From assembly GCA_000004985.1 (NCBI GenBank), contig GG738863.1: 64,000 bases of DNA. One strand, 5' to 3'. Position 1 is the stretch's first letter, and every line of letters begins with the position of its first letter. The notes under the pieces are model-generated. The model was not told where the DNA came from, ran no database searches, and worked only from the letters and a program-made list of their open reading frames with translations. This document shows positions 10,978-22,369 of the stretch, one piece after another. The DNA is from Naegleria gruberi (lineage: Eukaryota). A program made the translations under genes and the position numbers.

Positions 10978-11128
10978 GTTTAAATATTTTTTTTATTATA
11001 TTTATTAAATATTTAATCAACTATTAAAAACCAGTTTACCAAATACTTAATAATTAAATTATTTAATTTAATATATTAACAGTAAATACTATTTAATATT
11101 TAATAAAGTCAATCAATATATCAAAAAA

Positions 11129-12094
11129 ATGTCTGCACTTGATAGACCAATCTTTATCGATGATAGAACAGAGGAAGAAAAAGTAGAATTGCAAGCTGCT
11201 CAAGCAGCCTACTTTAGATGTTTTTCATATGTGGATAATATGATGAGTAGACTATTTCCGAGTGCAAAAGTAACTGAACAACATGAAGATTATGCACAAA
11301 AGATAACATTGGCTTGTACTTTGGAGGCTTTATATGAAGATTCTCATGTGGGGTTCAAGTCAGCATGTGTGGATTCAATTAAAAGAGCAAAGGACGTAAA
11401 TGAATATGCTAATTCGGACTTGTTAATTGATAATCCAAACCAAATTACAAGAATGACTGAACAGGATTTTAAGAATGTAGGAAAATCATTAACTCAATGT
11501 ATTAGATCCAACAGAAACTTTGAAGGATTAATTCAATTTGCAACTAGAAAATATTTTTATTGGACTGAGGAAGGAAGTAGCAAGTTTTATGCTCCATATC
11601 TAGTTAAAAATTTCACAGAGGATAGGAATAGATTTAAGAGTTATGAATTTAAGGGGGATGAGGACCAAGATGGTTTGGAATATAAATTGGATTATCTGAC
11701 TGATAGATTTGCTAGACATCAAATTAAAGATTATTATGTCTGTATGACATCCAATTCTCCAGCAATGTCAGATAAATTTGATATGGCAGATATGAAATTA
11801 AACTGTCTTCCAGAAAGATTATCCTATCACCTTAATGTTCATTCAGTTTTTTGTAGAAGATTATACGAAAGATGTTTGAGAAAGAGAGATAACTATATGC
11901 TTTCCAAAAATCCAAATTATGATATGAATATTGCAATGCAAGAAAGACCATTCAATGATTTCGTTGAATGCCAACTGTATGATGCAGATATTGCCAAGGT
12001 TTGTGTCTCTGTGGTTGAGGAATATGTCAATAGGAAAGCTGTGACAGATGCTGAAGCTGCTTATAATGAAAAGCTGCAAGAAATGAGAAAATAA
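11129..12094 (+). CDS. Hypothetical protein, 321 aa
   Basis: Clean ORF with aaaaaaATG start and TAA stop. No recognised domain. Confidence 0.5.
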   Translation: MSALDRPIFIDDRTEEEKVELQAAQAAYFRCFSYVDNMMSRLFPSAKVTEQHEDYAQKITLACTLEALYEDSHVGFKSACVDSIKRAKDVNEYANSDLLIDNPNQITRMTEQDFKNVGKSLTQCIRSNRNFEGLIQFATRKYFYWTEEGSSKFYAPYLVKNFTEDRNRFKSYEFKGDEDQDGLEYKLDYLTDRFARHQIKDYYVCMTSNSPAMSDKFDMADMKLNCLPERLSYHLNVHSVFCRRLYERCLRKRDNYMLSKNPNYDMNIAMQERPFNDFVECQLYDADIAKVCVSVVEEYVNRKAVTDAEAAYNEKLQEMRK

Positions 12095-12097
12095 ACT

Positions 12098-15000
12098 CTA
12101 TTTATTTAATTCTTCCATCAAAATATTGATAGCATCATTAAATTTATCTTGAACCACAGGAGAGCACCTACGTATTTCGAAATTATCCTTAATGAGGGCA
12201 GTCATTGAGCATTGATTATAAAAAGGAAGGGAGGTAAATTGTCTAGTTCTGAATTGAAGCTGTTCCAAGAGAGGTTTACATGTTCTATCAATCAACTCCT
12301 TGTTTTTGGTTCTAACAATCTCAAGAGCTCTATTATCCAACTCAATGAGTTGATATGTTTGTGTAATTTGATCAAAACCTCTTTTACCTTGTTCAATTTC
12401 GCTCAAAATATTCAAGTGAATGGTTGCTGTCTCAAACAGAGCTCCTAATATCAAAGGTTGAACTAGATGGAAAGGACCAGAAGCTGTTGTCAATGTAAAA
12501 AGCTTTGCCTCATTTTCTATTCTCTCGTCCAATACGCCAGCTTCCTTATATAGCTGCACGTTACACCCATGATAGAATAATTGATGTAAACACTTCATAC
12601 AACTCCTAGTTGTTTCACTAATATTTCTTTCATCTTCGTGAACAGTCAAGAAGTTGGCAGAAAACTCGACCAACATGGTATACAGGTTCAAATTCTCTAA
12701 TGACACTTTCTGAGACATGATGCTCATAATAGTATTGGGAATTTTTCCAATAGCATACAAGCAACCATCGCAAATAATCTTGGAAACATATGAACCAAAA
12801 GTAAATCCAGGAAAGTTAGAACAATCATCCAAAAAGAACTCTCCAGATTTGTCTACACTGATTCCACACAATACTCTATACTTGAGTAGATGCAAATCAT
12901 CTACAGGTAATCCATTAAATATTGAATAGTTTTCTCCATTCTTGTTTTCATCTTCAATAGAATAGTTCAAGTGAGTTTTGTTTTTAAAAGTCTTATTTCT
13001 CTTTCTGAAAAATAAATCTACATAATTGAGATAAAACTTTGCCTTTCCCTTATCACCAATACCACTGCAATATCTAGCAAAATGACAGTAAGTACCAGCA
13101 ACAAAAAGGCATTGAGAATTGTCAAAACTTTCTGTGAGAAGAGTTCTTGATTTTTGGAAACTTATTTGAGCCTCATCATGAACTCCAAATGCCTGACAGG
13201 TAACAGCATGAATAGCATACAAGAGTGCCAAAACATCATTTGAATAAATTCCTCTCGTGGCCTCCTCGTTGAAAAATGCCAATTCAAGAGTAGTTTTTGA
13301 AAGAAGTGGATAACCCATTGAAATCACCTCATCATACAACTCTACAGTACGTTTCTTGTATGCATTCATATTCAGTCTTTGATTCATCTCTGCATCTTTA
13401 ATTAAATCATGAGCTATCGCATTATTATTAATATCCAATTTGATATTGAGATTTTGAGGGAAATTAGTTTGGTTAACACCCAACGATCCGAGTAAATCAC
13501 TAATAGAATCCTTTGATAAATTCAATAAAAATTCTCTATCAATCTTCGGTGATTGAGATCTTTGATTATTTTGAAAATTATCAATTAATGCAAGTGCTTT
13601 TTCCTCTTCCTCATTCTCTTTAGAACTACTGCTATCTGAATTCGAGAGTGATGTAAATAGTGTCGAAAAGGTATCATTATTAAAATTGGATGTATTTTGT
13701 GCTATTACTAATTGTAACTGATTTTGCAATTGATTGGAAACAGTCATTGGACTGAAATTAATATTTGGTTCTTCAATTGGTTGAGGAGGTTGAGACTGTT
13801 GTGGAGGTTGTTGATTCCATTGTGCTGTAAAATGATTATCAACAATGTGATTAATTACATTTTGTTCCTTCTTTTGTTTCTTTGGTTTAGGTTGAGTTGA
13901 AGATGAAACAAGTGGAACAGTATTAGTTGGAGGAATGTAGAGTAAACTTGAGTAAGGATGAAACTTTTGATCCTTTCTTCCTTTCATCTTTGGAGATCGA
14001 TAAGTACATTCCACACCTCTCTTAGTACAATTCAAACATGCAGGCAATGTACGATCACACTTCTCTGGGTTAGATTAAATTATTCGAAACTACACATACC
14101 TTTTTGTGTCTCGACCTACATTGCACACATGCAATAGGATGTCCATGTTCAGGTAATATAGATTCCTGAGAAAATCCATTTACATCCACATTTTCACTAC
14201 CTAAAGATTTTTTCCTTTTTTGTTTCTTTGCTGGGGAATCTGTCGCCACCATGTTGTTGGACGAAACAAGAGAAGGATTAAATGTAGTGCTAGTACTATT
14301 ATTTGGCTGTTGTTGAGGTGATGATGCAAAACTAGTAGCAATTTCATAATTACTATAATTTTGTTGCTGCTGACTCACGTCGTATTGATTCGTTGACATG
14401 TTACTACTGCTCAAAGGAACATTCGTAGAATAGTTAGCATTCGAATAAGTTGTGGTAGGATATGTCTGTTGTGGTGGAATGTGATGATGTTGCTGCGGAT
14501 ACAAATTATTATTGTTATTAGGCATCAAATAATTAAAATGTTGCTGCTGATGTGGGTTAACCATAGGAGGTGTTTGTTTAAAAGATGTTGTTGGTTGTTG
14601 TTGCGTATTATACTGAAATGATGATGATGGAGGATTGGATGTATATTGATTATTATTAATCACCACTTTTTGCATGGAAGGATAGCTATTATTATTGAGC
14701 ATGTTATTGTTAATAACATTCGGGGAAGAAGTGAACACATGTGATGCTTGTTCGGCACCACCAACATGCTGCTGAGGTTGTGATAAATTTGGTTGAGATT
14801 CTCCATTGCCAGTAAAATTCTGTTGGGCGGAGGAGGGATGTTGTTGTTGTGATCTTTGGTTGTAGTATTGAATATGATCATAGTCCATGTGACGATTCAT
14901 CATTGGAATGTTATTATTTGATTGTTGTTGTTGTTGGTGAAGCATATGATGATGTGAATTATTTAGCATGTTATTGGTAGTAGTCATCATGTAGGATGAT

Positions 15001-15128
15001 GAAGAAGAATTTGGAAGAGCATTCTGCACCATGTAATTGTTGTTATTGCCTGAATGTTGTGATGAAGATGAACCTATTGTTGATGCTGAGGGTGGAAGCT
15101 GCTGTTGATGAGGTGGGTTATTGTTCAT
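12098..15128 (-). CDS. Fungal-type Zn(II)2Cys6 binuclear-cluster transcription factor with a long Q/N/S-rich N-terminus. 2 exons (14100-15128, 12098-14062) and a 37-nt intron at 14063-14099.
   Basis: Exon 1 ends ...ACVQCRSRHKK|GTATGT. The intron ends ...cccagag|. Exon 2 continues KCDRTLPACLNCTKRGVECTY, giving the cluster C-x2-C-x7-C-x6-C-x2-C-x6-C. The downstream part contains a fungal-specific-TF-like middle homology region. The exact splice choice may change the x7 spacing to x6. Confidence 0.65.
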
Positions 15129-15940
15129 GATAGTTCTTTTATGAGGAGTAAGTATGGGGTGCTGTTCTGATTTTTGGATGTGATTGGTGATGGAAGAGGA
15201 GAGGCAGGGGAACAGTGTGGTTTAATTTTCTTCTGATCAGAAAAGTGCTTGGTCAATCCGGAATAAAAAACGATATCTCAAATTGATAATGTTTCAATCT
15301 AGAAAGCAACTCTAGATTTCAAGAATTTGAATCGACTCTTTAAATTGGTCTACTATCCTAGAATGAGTTGAAATTTGAGAGAAATGCAAGTTTTTGGCTG
15401 CAGTTGGAAGATAGAACCAAAATAAATACGCGACAACACAAAAAATGAAAGCAAAGAAAATGCGATTTGGATGTTTTGGCAATTTTTTAAAACTTGAAAT
15501 AATAAAAATATGAAATATTGTGTCAAACCAAACAACATCTATGTGGTTCACGGGGGCAGAAAAGTTTAGCCCACCAATTTGTCAGTTTGTTCAGTTGATG
15601 TGGGTTGATTTGTTTAATTGTGAAAGTGGAGGATTTATTGCACCTGGTTTTAGTTGTGAAAGAGCATGATGAATGATCAACAACTTCTATTGCCTTTTGT
15701 TTTGAGCTCGTGGATTTTTGGAGTTATTTAGGAAGGGGATCTTTCCATATTTTCATTATCGTAGAACTCGATATTCAGTTTATTGAGGCCAATCTAGTCC
15801 GGTATATCGCTCTCAATTACAGATTTTTTTACACTAAGGCGAAAGAGGAATGCATGCTCATTCCTATCCCATGGGCTGTTATGGATGCATCCAGAAAGAA
15901 AAGAGCATTCTACTCATTATTTCTTCTATTTATATTTTTA

Positions 15941-17062
15941 TTACTGGTAATTAATTAACATACCCAACAAACAATTTAGGATGACCACAAAGGACAGGTT
16001 CATGCTGTAAAAGCCTGATTCAAGAACAATTTGAGAACCACCAATATGCACAGAGCTTGAGTTTGAAGTCACAACGATATTTTCATATTCAAATTCGCTC
16101 ACTCCCACACTCACATTCGAGATTGCTTTGATCCACTCTTTGTGGAATGGAATAGTTGTGTAAACACCTCGATTAGAACTGGCGGCTGGTGTACCACATT
16201 GACTAGGACCATAGCTTACAATACCAATCTCAATGAAATCAGTTGAATTCACAGTATGAAAAAGTCCACTTCCGGAATCTCCAGCACAAGCATCTTTGCC
16301 ATCTCCAGCCCCAGCACATAATTTACCGACAGTGGTACTCATGTCTAATTCCAGATCATTACAATACTTGTCTTCAACATAGGGAACCGTGGCCTTCATC
16401 ATGTGGTCAACAGCTTGATTGACATAACTTGAAGTGATTCCCCAACCAGCAACAATTTGCATGGCATTAAAAGCAGGAAGCGATGATGCAAGTGTAACAG
16501 GTTTAATAGTCGACGAATAAGGAATATCATCGTACAGTTCCACTATTGCTATATCATTATTGAGCGAGTAATCATCATAGCTTGGATGTAGATGAAGAGC
16601 CTTAACTCTGGCCACAACACAACTCGATGATGATTGTATAGTGTAACCTGATGAAAATAGACTCTTCGTTATGGTACACTCTGATAAGGTTGTAACTCCC
16701 ATTACAGCTGCATAATTTGTTGCCGAGGCTTCATAGGCACAGTGTCCAGCTGTTAGAATGAACCTTTTAGAAATAATAGAGCCACAACACTTATGAAAAA
16801 CATTGCCACTCACTGATCGTTGCTGAAGAGAAACAAGGAAGGGAAATTCATGATTGCTGGTTTGTATCCCTCCCTGGATTTTCGTATCTTGTGGAGAGTG
16901 AATATTCAAACTTGCTCTCTTATTTCCTTCTATTGGGCATAAAACATTGAATAGAGTAATTAAAAATAATATCTGTAATAATATTGCACAATAGGTTGTT
17001 GTACAATTCCGTATTATTTTTCGTGTGGATGATAATGGCCAAGATAATTGATATCTCCTCAT
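15941..17062 (-). CDS. Secreted trypsin-like (S1 family) serine protease, 373 aa
   Basis: N-terminal hydrophobic signal. Catalytic-triad contexts are TAGHC (His), DIAIVEL (Asp) and GDSGSGL (Ser). A disulfide-pattern Cys are present. ATG is verified. Confidence 0.7.
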   Translation of the reverse strand: MRRYQLSWPLSSTRKIIRNCTTTYCAILLQILFLITLFNVLCPIEGNKRASLNIHSPQDTKIQGGIQTSNHEFPFLVSLQQRSVSGNVFHKCCGSIISKRFILTAGHCAYEASATNYAAVMGVTTLSECTITKSLFSSGYTIQSSSSCVVARVKALHLHPSYDDYSLNNDIAIVELYDDIPYSSTIKPVTLASSLPAFNAMQIVAGWGITSSYVNQAVDHMMKATVPYVEDKYCNDLELDMSTTVGKLCAGAGDGKDACAGDSGSGLFHTVNSTDFIEIGIVSYGPSQCGTPAASSNRGVYTTIPFHKEWIKAISNVSVGVSEFEYENIVVTSNSSSVHIGGSQIVLESGFYSMNLSFVVILNCLLGMLINYQ

Positions 17063-17383
17063 TATTCCTTAATATTGATTGTTTGGTTTTTTTTTCAATT
17101 TAAGGAGAACACACCGATCAATTTAATGTGTTGCTTTCCATCCTACAGGTTCTAAAATTCAAAAAGAAGAACTCTCAACTGAAAATTTCTCGTTACTAGT
17201 ACAATTTTTAATTTCCAATCACTTTATCCTTATCAGGCAGTAAATGTGGTTTGAATACTTTTTCTTCTGATATACTCTTGAACGGGCTTTCATCGTTAAA
17301 ACATTGTTTAAACACATCATCCACATCCTATAAAGCGTGTGAATTAGATCAACATATATGGATTAGTATTTTGAAAAATTCAC

Positions 17384-17827
17384 TTAATTAGTACATACAG
17401 ATAACGCCGATTGTTTGCATGCACTCACAGTACTTGCAAATGCGTGTCTTTTCAGACATTCTTCCTTGTTTGAGTAATTCTTTAAATCTTCTGCACTTGC
17501 ACATGATCCACCAAGATAATATGCTCTTACTTCAGAGCATGCTCTCACTTTACAATAAAACAATTGTCTAAATCTACAAAAATCATATGCATGAACCAAT
17601 TCATGTACTACAGTATTTTCTAAATCACTTTTTCCTATCATTCTATTACAACAAATCACAATTTGATTTTTAGATGATGAATAATATCCGCTCACACCAT
17701 CCTCTTCTGGTGATTCACATTTCTTCAAATCCAATCCTCTTTTCAGCATGCCACATCCTTTAGTATTTTGCTCCTTTATCTCTTGAAGTAATTTATTGAC
17801 TCTCTTTTCCGTCAACACTGATACCAT
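17384..17827 (-). CDS. ATP23: ATP23-like mitochondrial inner-membrane metallopeptidase (peptidase M76 / XRCC6BP1 family). An upstream exon is possible.
   Basis: HEXXH motif VHELVHAYD. It is flanked by the family's conserved Cys pattern (GCGMLKRG...IVICCN...ACSEVRAYYLGGSC), which aligns with human and yeast ATP23. The ATG is at 17825-17827. The N-terminus is shorter than in homologues, so a small 5' exon may be missed. Confidence 0.6.
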   Translation of the reverse strand: MVSVLTEKRVNKLLQEIKEQNTKGCGMLKRGLDLKKCESPEEDGVSGYYSSSKNQIVICCNRMIGKSDLENTVVHELVHAYDFCRFRQLFYCKVRACSEVRAYYLGGSCASAEDLKNYSNKEECLKRHAFASTVSACKQSALSVCTN

Positions 17828-18241
17828 GTCTATCAATTCCGAAGATGTGAGAAATTAATCATTTAAAAATTACCCTATAATTATTAAATAAAAACACATG
17901 TGTAATAGAATGTTAAAGAAGAATCGGCATAAACCAATCAAAGATGAAACTCTTACTTTTTGACACGCCTTCAACTCTTCGTATGGTGGCATTTTTTATC
18001 TTGTTGATATGATGAATTTATTTTGATTATTATCTTGTTGCTCTATTTAATAAAGAGTTCTGATAAAAATAGTGAGGAAAGAATCCTCAAATCAATTTCT
18101 GTATCGTTCTACTGTGATGAATTGATGAATTTGAAACTCTGTTTAGAGAGTTTGGTTCGTAAAATTGATTGAATGCCTTTCTTTTGGCATCGAGATGGTT
18201 TTGGTCAATCAATTAATTGGTCTCGTATGAATCAAAATTGT

Positions 18242-20641
18242 TTATTTTACGAGTTGGAATTTCTTAGCAAGGTCTAGCACTTTAATTTCTAATGAGGTGA
18301 GAGTTGGAGGAGGTATTGCCCATCTCTCTTCGATAATATCTGGCATGATACGTTGAACATTCTTTACATCACAAACGAGAGGAGTATACTTTTCAAAGAT
18401 GAATTTGAATAATCTTTCATAAAGTGCACCATCTCCTAATTTGACCTTCTTTTGTGCAATAAGTGTTGAAATAAGGTAATAGTATAATTGCCACGAAATT
18501 CTTGGAATGTTTTCTTTCATGATAAATTCTAAACTGTCATTAAATGATTTGTAATCATTGGATAATTCACAAGATGATAAGGCAATCAAATAAATGGAAC
18601 CATCTAATTTTGATTTGTGAGGAAGTCTAGCCCTCACTGCACGCCATATTTTAATGACAGTTCCATACTCCTTAGTTGCTTTAAATCTTTTCATGGCTGC
18701 TGAAATAACAACAAAATTGACTGGTTTTCCTTGACATGCATCATCAATGATATCCTTTAGTAAAAGATCCAATGTATGTTTGTATCTTTCCAATCTTTCC
18801 ACAATTTCAGTATCAACTTCTCCAGGTTTGTACAGAAGATCTCTCAACTTGGTTTCAATACTCAGTAAACTGACAAGAATAAAGTCGCTTGGATGAACCT
18901 TATCTTCTAGCATATAGTTCAAAATATTGAAAGCCAATGTAATTTGCTTCAGATCATTCGTTACAGCTTGAAGGATAATATTGTAGGCAGAGGAGGATAG
19001 TGCATTACCATTTAATTTGGATGTCTCTCTAGCACTACAGAAGAATGAGTAACCTGCCGTTATTCCTCCTTGTAAAACAGACTGGTGAATGAGTTCTGTA
19101 ATTGAATGGCTATCTAAATTCTTCATTCCATATAAATCAGAACTAACTTGTTCTCTCAATCTGTCAAATCTTTGACTGTGTCGTTTTGTAATACTCAAAA
19201 ATGTTGTTAATAAATGTTGATTAATCAAGTTCTTCTTCTTAATTTCTTCATAAATTGTTAGTAATTGTTGTTCATCATCTTCTGTCAGTTTCTTTCCGTA
19301 ATGTTTGATAAGTGTACAGTAGGTACCAGTATCTGGTTTGATATGTTCGAGATTCCTTATTTCTTCAAAGAATTCCATCGTATTATTACTGTTATTTCTT
19401 ACCAGAATTTCCAAAGCAAAATTATACTTGTGAATATCCATATAAACTCCCTTTTCATGAATTTTTCTGAAACTCTTAATGAATAATTCTGAATCGAATT
19501 TTCCCTTACTAATTGTCTTTTTCTCTAAACTTTCCATATATTGGAATATTTGCTCGGATAATGATCTAACACAGCTAAACAACCCATAGCTGTTTTGGGA
19601 TGGAAGGATTTTAGTTTGATTCTTAAACTTTTCGTGAACTTCTTCTGCACTGGAACCTAGAGCTCCCTTTGGAATAACCTTTGCTGAAATTTCAAAGATT
19701 TTATCAACCAAATGTTCGTGTGTAATTGAAAATGTTGGTAAAAGGAGATGTGCTGACATTAAATAGTCACAATAGAAGGACTGATCTTTTTTGATCAATA
19801 CTTCTAAAATCTCAGCAATATGATTTTCAAATAATGACTGAGCAAATTCAATATCATTCAATACTTTAAATCCATAAGCCAATTGATAACAAGGAATTTG
19901 AAGAGATGAAAAGTTTTTGAACTGTATCATGCAAATTAAATTATAGACATCTCTCAAACTTTGTGGATTATTTCCAATGATTTTCAAAACATTCTTAGAG
20001 ATGGAATAAACCATTCCAACCATCTTTTTAGATGCCATAAATTGAGTTGCTTCTGCATAGGTAAGAACAAACTTCATCATTTTGAAGAATTCATGAATGG
20101 CTTCTTCCTTTGAGATTTGGAATTTGTTCTTGATGAGATATTGATCAATTTCATGGACAGAAGTTAACATGAACTGTATTTCAGTCCATCTTTGTTTGTG
20201 TTTCTGTTGCTCTTCTTTAATTTCCTCTAAATCCTTATCAACTTTTCGATTCATTCTCATACTCTTTAGTTTTACAAAGTTATTATATGATAATTCTTGA
20301 ATTTCTTTCATTTCTTGTGTTGTTGATGATTTGTTCTTATTAGATTGTTTTCTAGATGTATTTTCCGAGTGTGATGATGTTAATTTACCTGTTGCATCAT
20401 TCTCGGAGGAAGGTAATGAAGTTGATGATGAAGGTGTTTCAATTTTAATTCTTCTATTGGGTGCAGAATAACTTCTATTCATACCACTCAGCAATTCAAT
20501 CAACAATCCTCCTCCGATACTACCCATCATTATCAGTGGTGATGAAGATTTCCTATTGGTTTTAAACAAATTCAAAGAACTCAACAATGGATCCGATGAT
20601 AAGGATGAATTTGTAGAAATGTGTGTTTTAATCGTTGACAT
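18242..20641 (-). CDS. Helical-repeat (PPR/TPR-like) protein of about 800 aa, possibly organellar RNA-binding
   Basis: A long ORF. The first ATG is at 20639-20641; the track start at 20674 is TTG. Repeated ~35-aa helical units show Y/F..LI.. periodicity. The N-terminus is S/T-rich and presequence-like. Weak call. Confidence 0.45.
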   Translation of the reverse strand: MSTIKTHISTNSSLSSDPLLSSLNLFKTNRKSSSPLIMMGSIGGGLLIELLSGMNRSYSAPNRRIKIETPSSSTSLPSSENDATGKLTSSHSENTSRKQSNKNKSSTTQEMKEIQELSYNNFVKLKSMRMNRKVDKDLEEIKEEQQKHKQRWTEIQFMLTSVHEIDQYLIKNKFQISKEEAIHEFFKMMKFVLTYAEATQFMASKKMVGMVYSISKNVLKIIGNNPQSLRDVYNLICMIQFKNFSSLQIPCYQLAYGFKVLNDIEFAQSLFENHIAEILEVLIKKDQSFYCDYLMSAHLLLPTFSITHEHLVDKIFEISAKVIPKGALGSSAEEVHEKFKNQTKILPSQNSYGLFSCVRSLSEQIFQYMESLEKKTISKGKFDSELFIKSFRKIHEKGVYMDIHKYNFALEILVRNNSNNTMEFFEEIRNLEHIKPDTGTYCTLIKHYGKKLTEDDEQQLLTIYEEIKKKNLINQHLLTTFLSITKRHSQRFDRLREQVSSDLYGMKNLDSHSITELIHQSVLQGGITAGYSFFCSARETSKLNGNALSSSAYNIILQAVTNDLKQITLAFNILNYMLEDKVHPSDFILVSLLSIETKLRDLLYKPGEVDTEIVERLERYKHTLDLLLKDIIDDACQGKPVNFVVISAAMKRFKATKEYGTVIKIWRAVRARLPHKSKLDGSIYLIALSSCELSNDYKSFNDSLEFIMKENIPRISWQLYYYLISTLIAQKKVKLGDGALYERLFKFIFEKYTPLVCDVKNVQRIMPDIIEERWAIPPPTLTSLEIKVLDLAKKFQLVK

Positions 20642-20964
20642 CTTAAATATGCTCCTCTCCACAGATAATAACAATTAGCTAATGAATTGTTGCGTTTGTT
20701 TTTTGATTGAATTTTCTCTCAACTCTTGGGATTCAATAAGAAAAATGAATGATTTTGATTAGGTTGATGGTTTTAATCAATTCAATAGCTGCACCACCAA
20801 CCAGTATCGGAATTTTAACCAAGCCATCATTTGGTTTTGATAGAATTTAAAATGGATATCAATGATGCAATTATTGTTGTACACAAATTTCAATATATAT
20901 TATTATGAATATTTAGAAAAGTATTAAATACATCAGCTGATGAATTGAATTGTAAAACAAAAAA

Positions 20965-21966
20965 ATGTCGCAAAGTGTTGGTGCTGGAGGTGAATTATTG
21001 TTGGAGTGGACAAGAAAGTTGATCACCTCCCAGAGTGAGAAGGCTTTCTTTTATAATATTGTACAGACAAGGAGTGGAAATGATGAATCATTATTCAACT
21101 TTCCCAAGTGTAGTATTTCTAAAGGAACGGAACAATTCATTGAGAGGATTAATTCCATCATTGAAAAGTCTCAATCTTTAAATCATGTACTTGCTAAATA
21201 TATTAAACAAGCTACAGTGTTGTATAGAGTTTTAATTCCTAAAATTTATGGAGAATTGATTAATCAATTTCCTCAATTCTCGATGATATTATTTAATGAT
21301 TGTCATTGGATTGCAAAGGAATTAGATATATTATGTGTAAAATATAAAATTGATGATGGTTTCAAGTCATTGGTTTGTGATGGAGCTAGTACTTTGAGAG
21401 CATTCTCGGAAGAACACAGAAAGGAATTTATTGACAAGCAAACAATTATTTTAATTACTTACTTGCAAGATTGTAACAAATTCAAGGATGTTTACAGTAA
21501 TATGAAGCAGAACAAAAAGAGTTTTGAAAAGATTGTCGATCATTTGGATCATTTAAGGAGATTGTGGGTTCAGGTTATTCCACAAGACAATGGAATTGTT
21601 ATGGCATCACTTGGAGCTATTTTAGAACCAATAATCGCTACTATTTGTAGCTATATTCTCAATCGCAAAGATATTGGAGAGAATGAATCACAGGATATTA
21701 GTTCTTTAATGACATACTTGGTAAAGTGGATTTCAGAAAATTTCTCCTATGAAAATGAAGACATTTTGAAATTTATTCCATCCTTATACAAATTCAGAGC
21801 TATCAAGTCAATGCTGGTAATGTCATTGTTAAATGTTGTGGAAAATTTTAAAGTTGGAGGCACTCTTTATGGCTTAACTTCAGCAGAATTAACAAAATTG
21901 ATTCAGGCTATTTTCGAAGACAGTAAAACCAGACGAGAGGTCATCAACCAGATATCACAACCATAA
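20965..21966 (+). CDS. Hypothetical protein, 333 aa
   Basis: Clean ORF with A-rich start context. Alpha-helical. No confident family assignment. Confidence 0.45.
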   Translation: MSQSVGAGGELLLEWTRKLITSQSEKAFFYNIVQTRSGNDESLFNFPKCSISKGTEQFIERINSIIEKSQSLNHVLAKYIKQATVLYRVLIPKIYGELINQFPQFSMILFNDCHWIAKELDILCVKYKIDDGFKSLVCDGASTLRAFSEEHRKEFIDKQTIILITYLQDCNKFKDVYSNMKQNKKSFEKIVDHLDHLRRLWVQVIPQDNGIVMASLGAILEPIIATICSYILNRKDIGENESQDISSLMTYLVKWISENFSYENEDILKFIPSLYKFRAIKSMLVMSLLNVVENFKVGGTLYGLTSAELTKLIQAIFEDSKTRREVINQISQP

Positions 21967-22369
21967 TCCAATTTACCTATTAATAGTTCACCCAATCCAA
22001 CAATCCAGAACATTTATGAATAAGCAATACCACAACCAATTTGGATTTCAAAAATCTTATTAAATTATGTACTTGAAAATATAGTTTATCAATTCTTTAA
22101 CTGCAAATTTCCATTTTGAACGATAAAGGTCAACTCAATGGATTACCTGTAATTACAGTTGGTTGAACACTACGTTTCTTGACAAATAGAAATAAACTCC
22201 ACCATGGCACTCCAATTTACTTCGAAGTTGATTCGTTTCCATTCCAAAAATATCCAACTTGTCGAATAAAGCAGCCAAGCTCTCCGTTCTCCTAATGCAA
22301 TTCTATTTTAAATTGTAATTTAAAAACGTTAATTCTTTCAAATTTCATCCAATAAACTATTCAAAAAAA

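Noticed and set aside
17953-17992. Possible extra 5' exon (MPPYEELKACQK + GTAAGA) for the ATP23-like gene.
   Set aside because: No in-frame acceptor connects it to the main exon, since a TAA lies immediately upstream of the body ORF. Initiation at the ATG at 17825-17827 is the simpler model.
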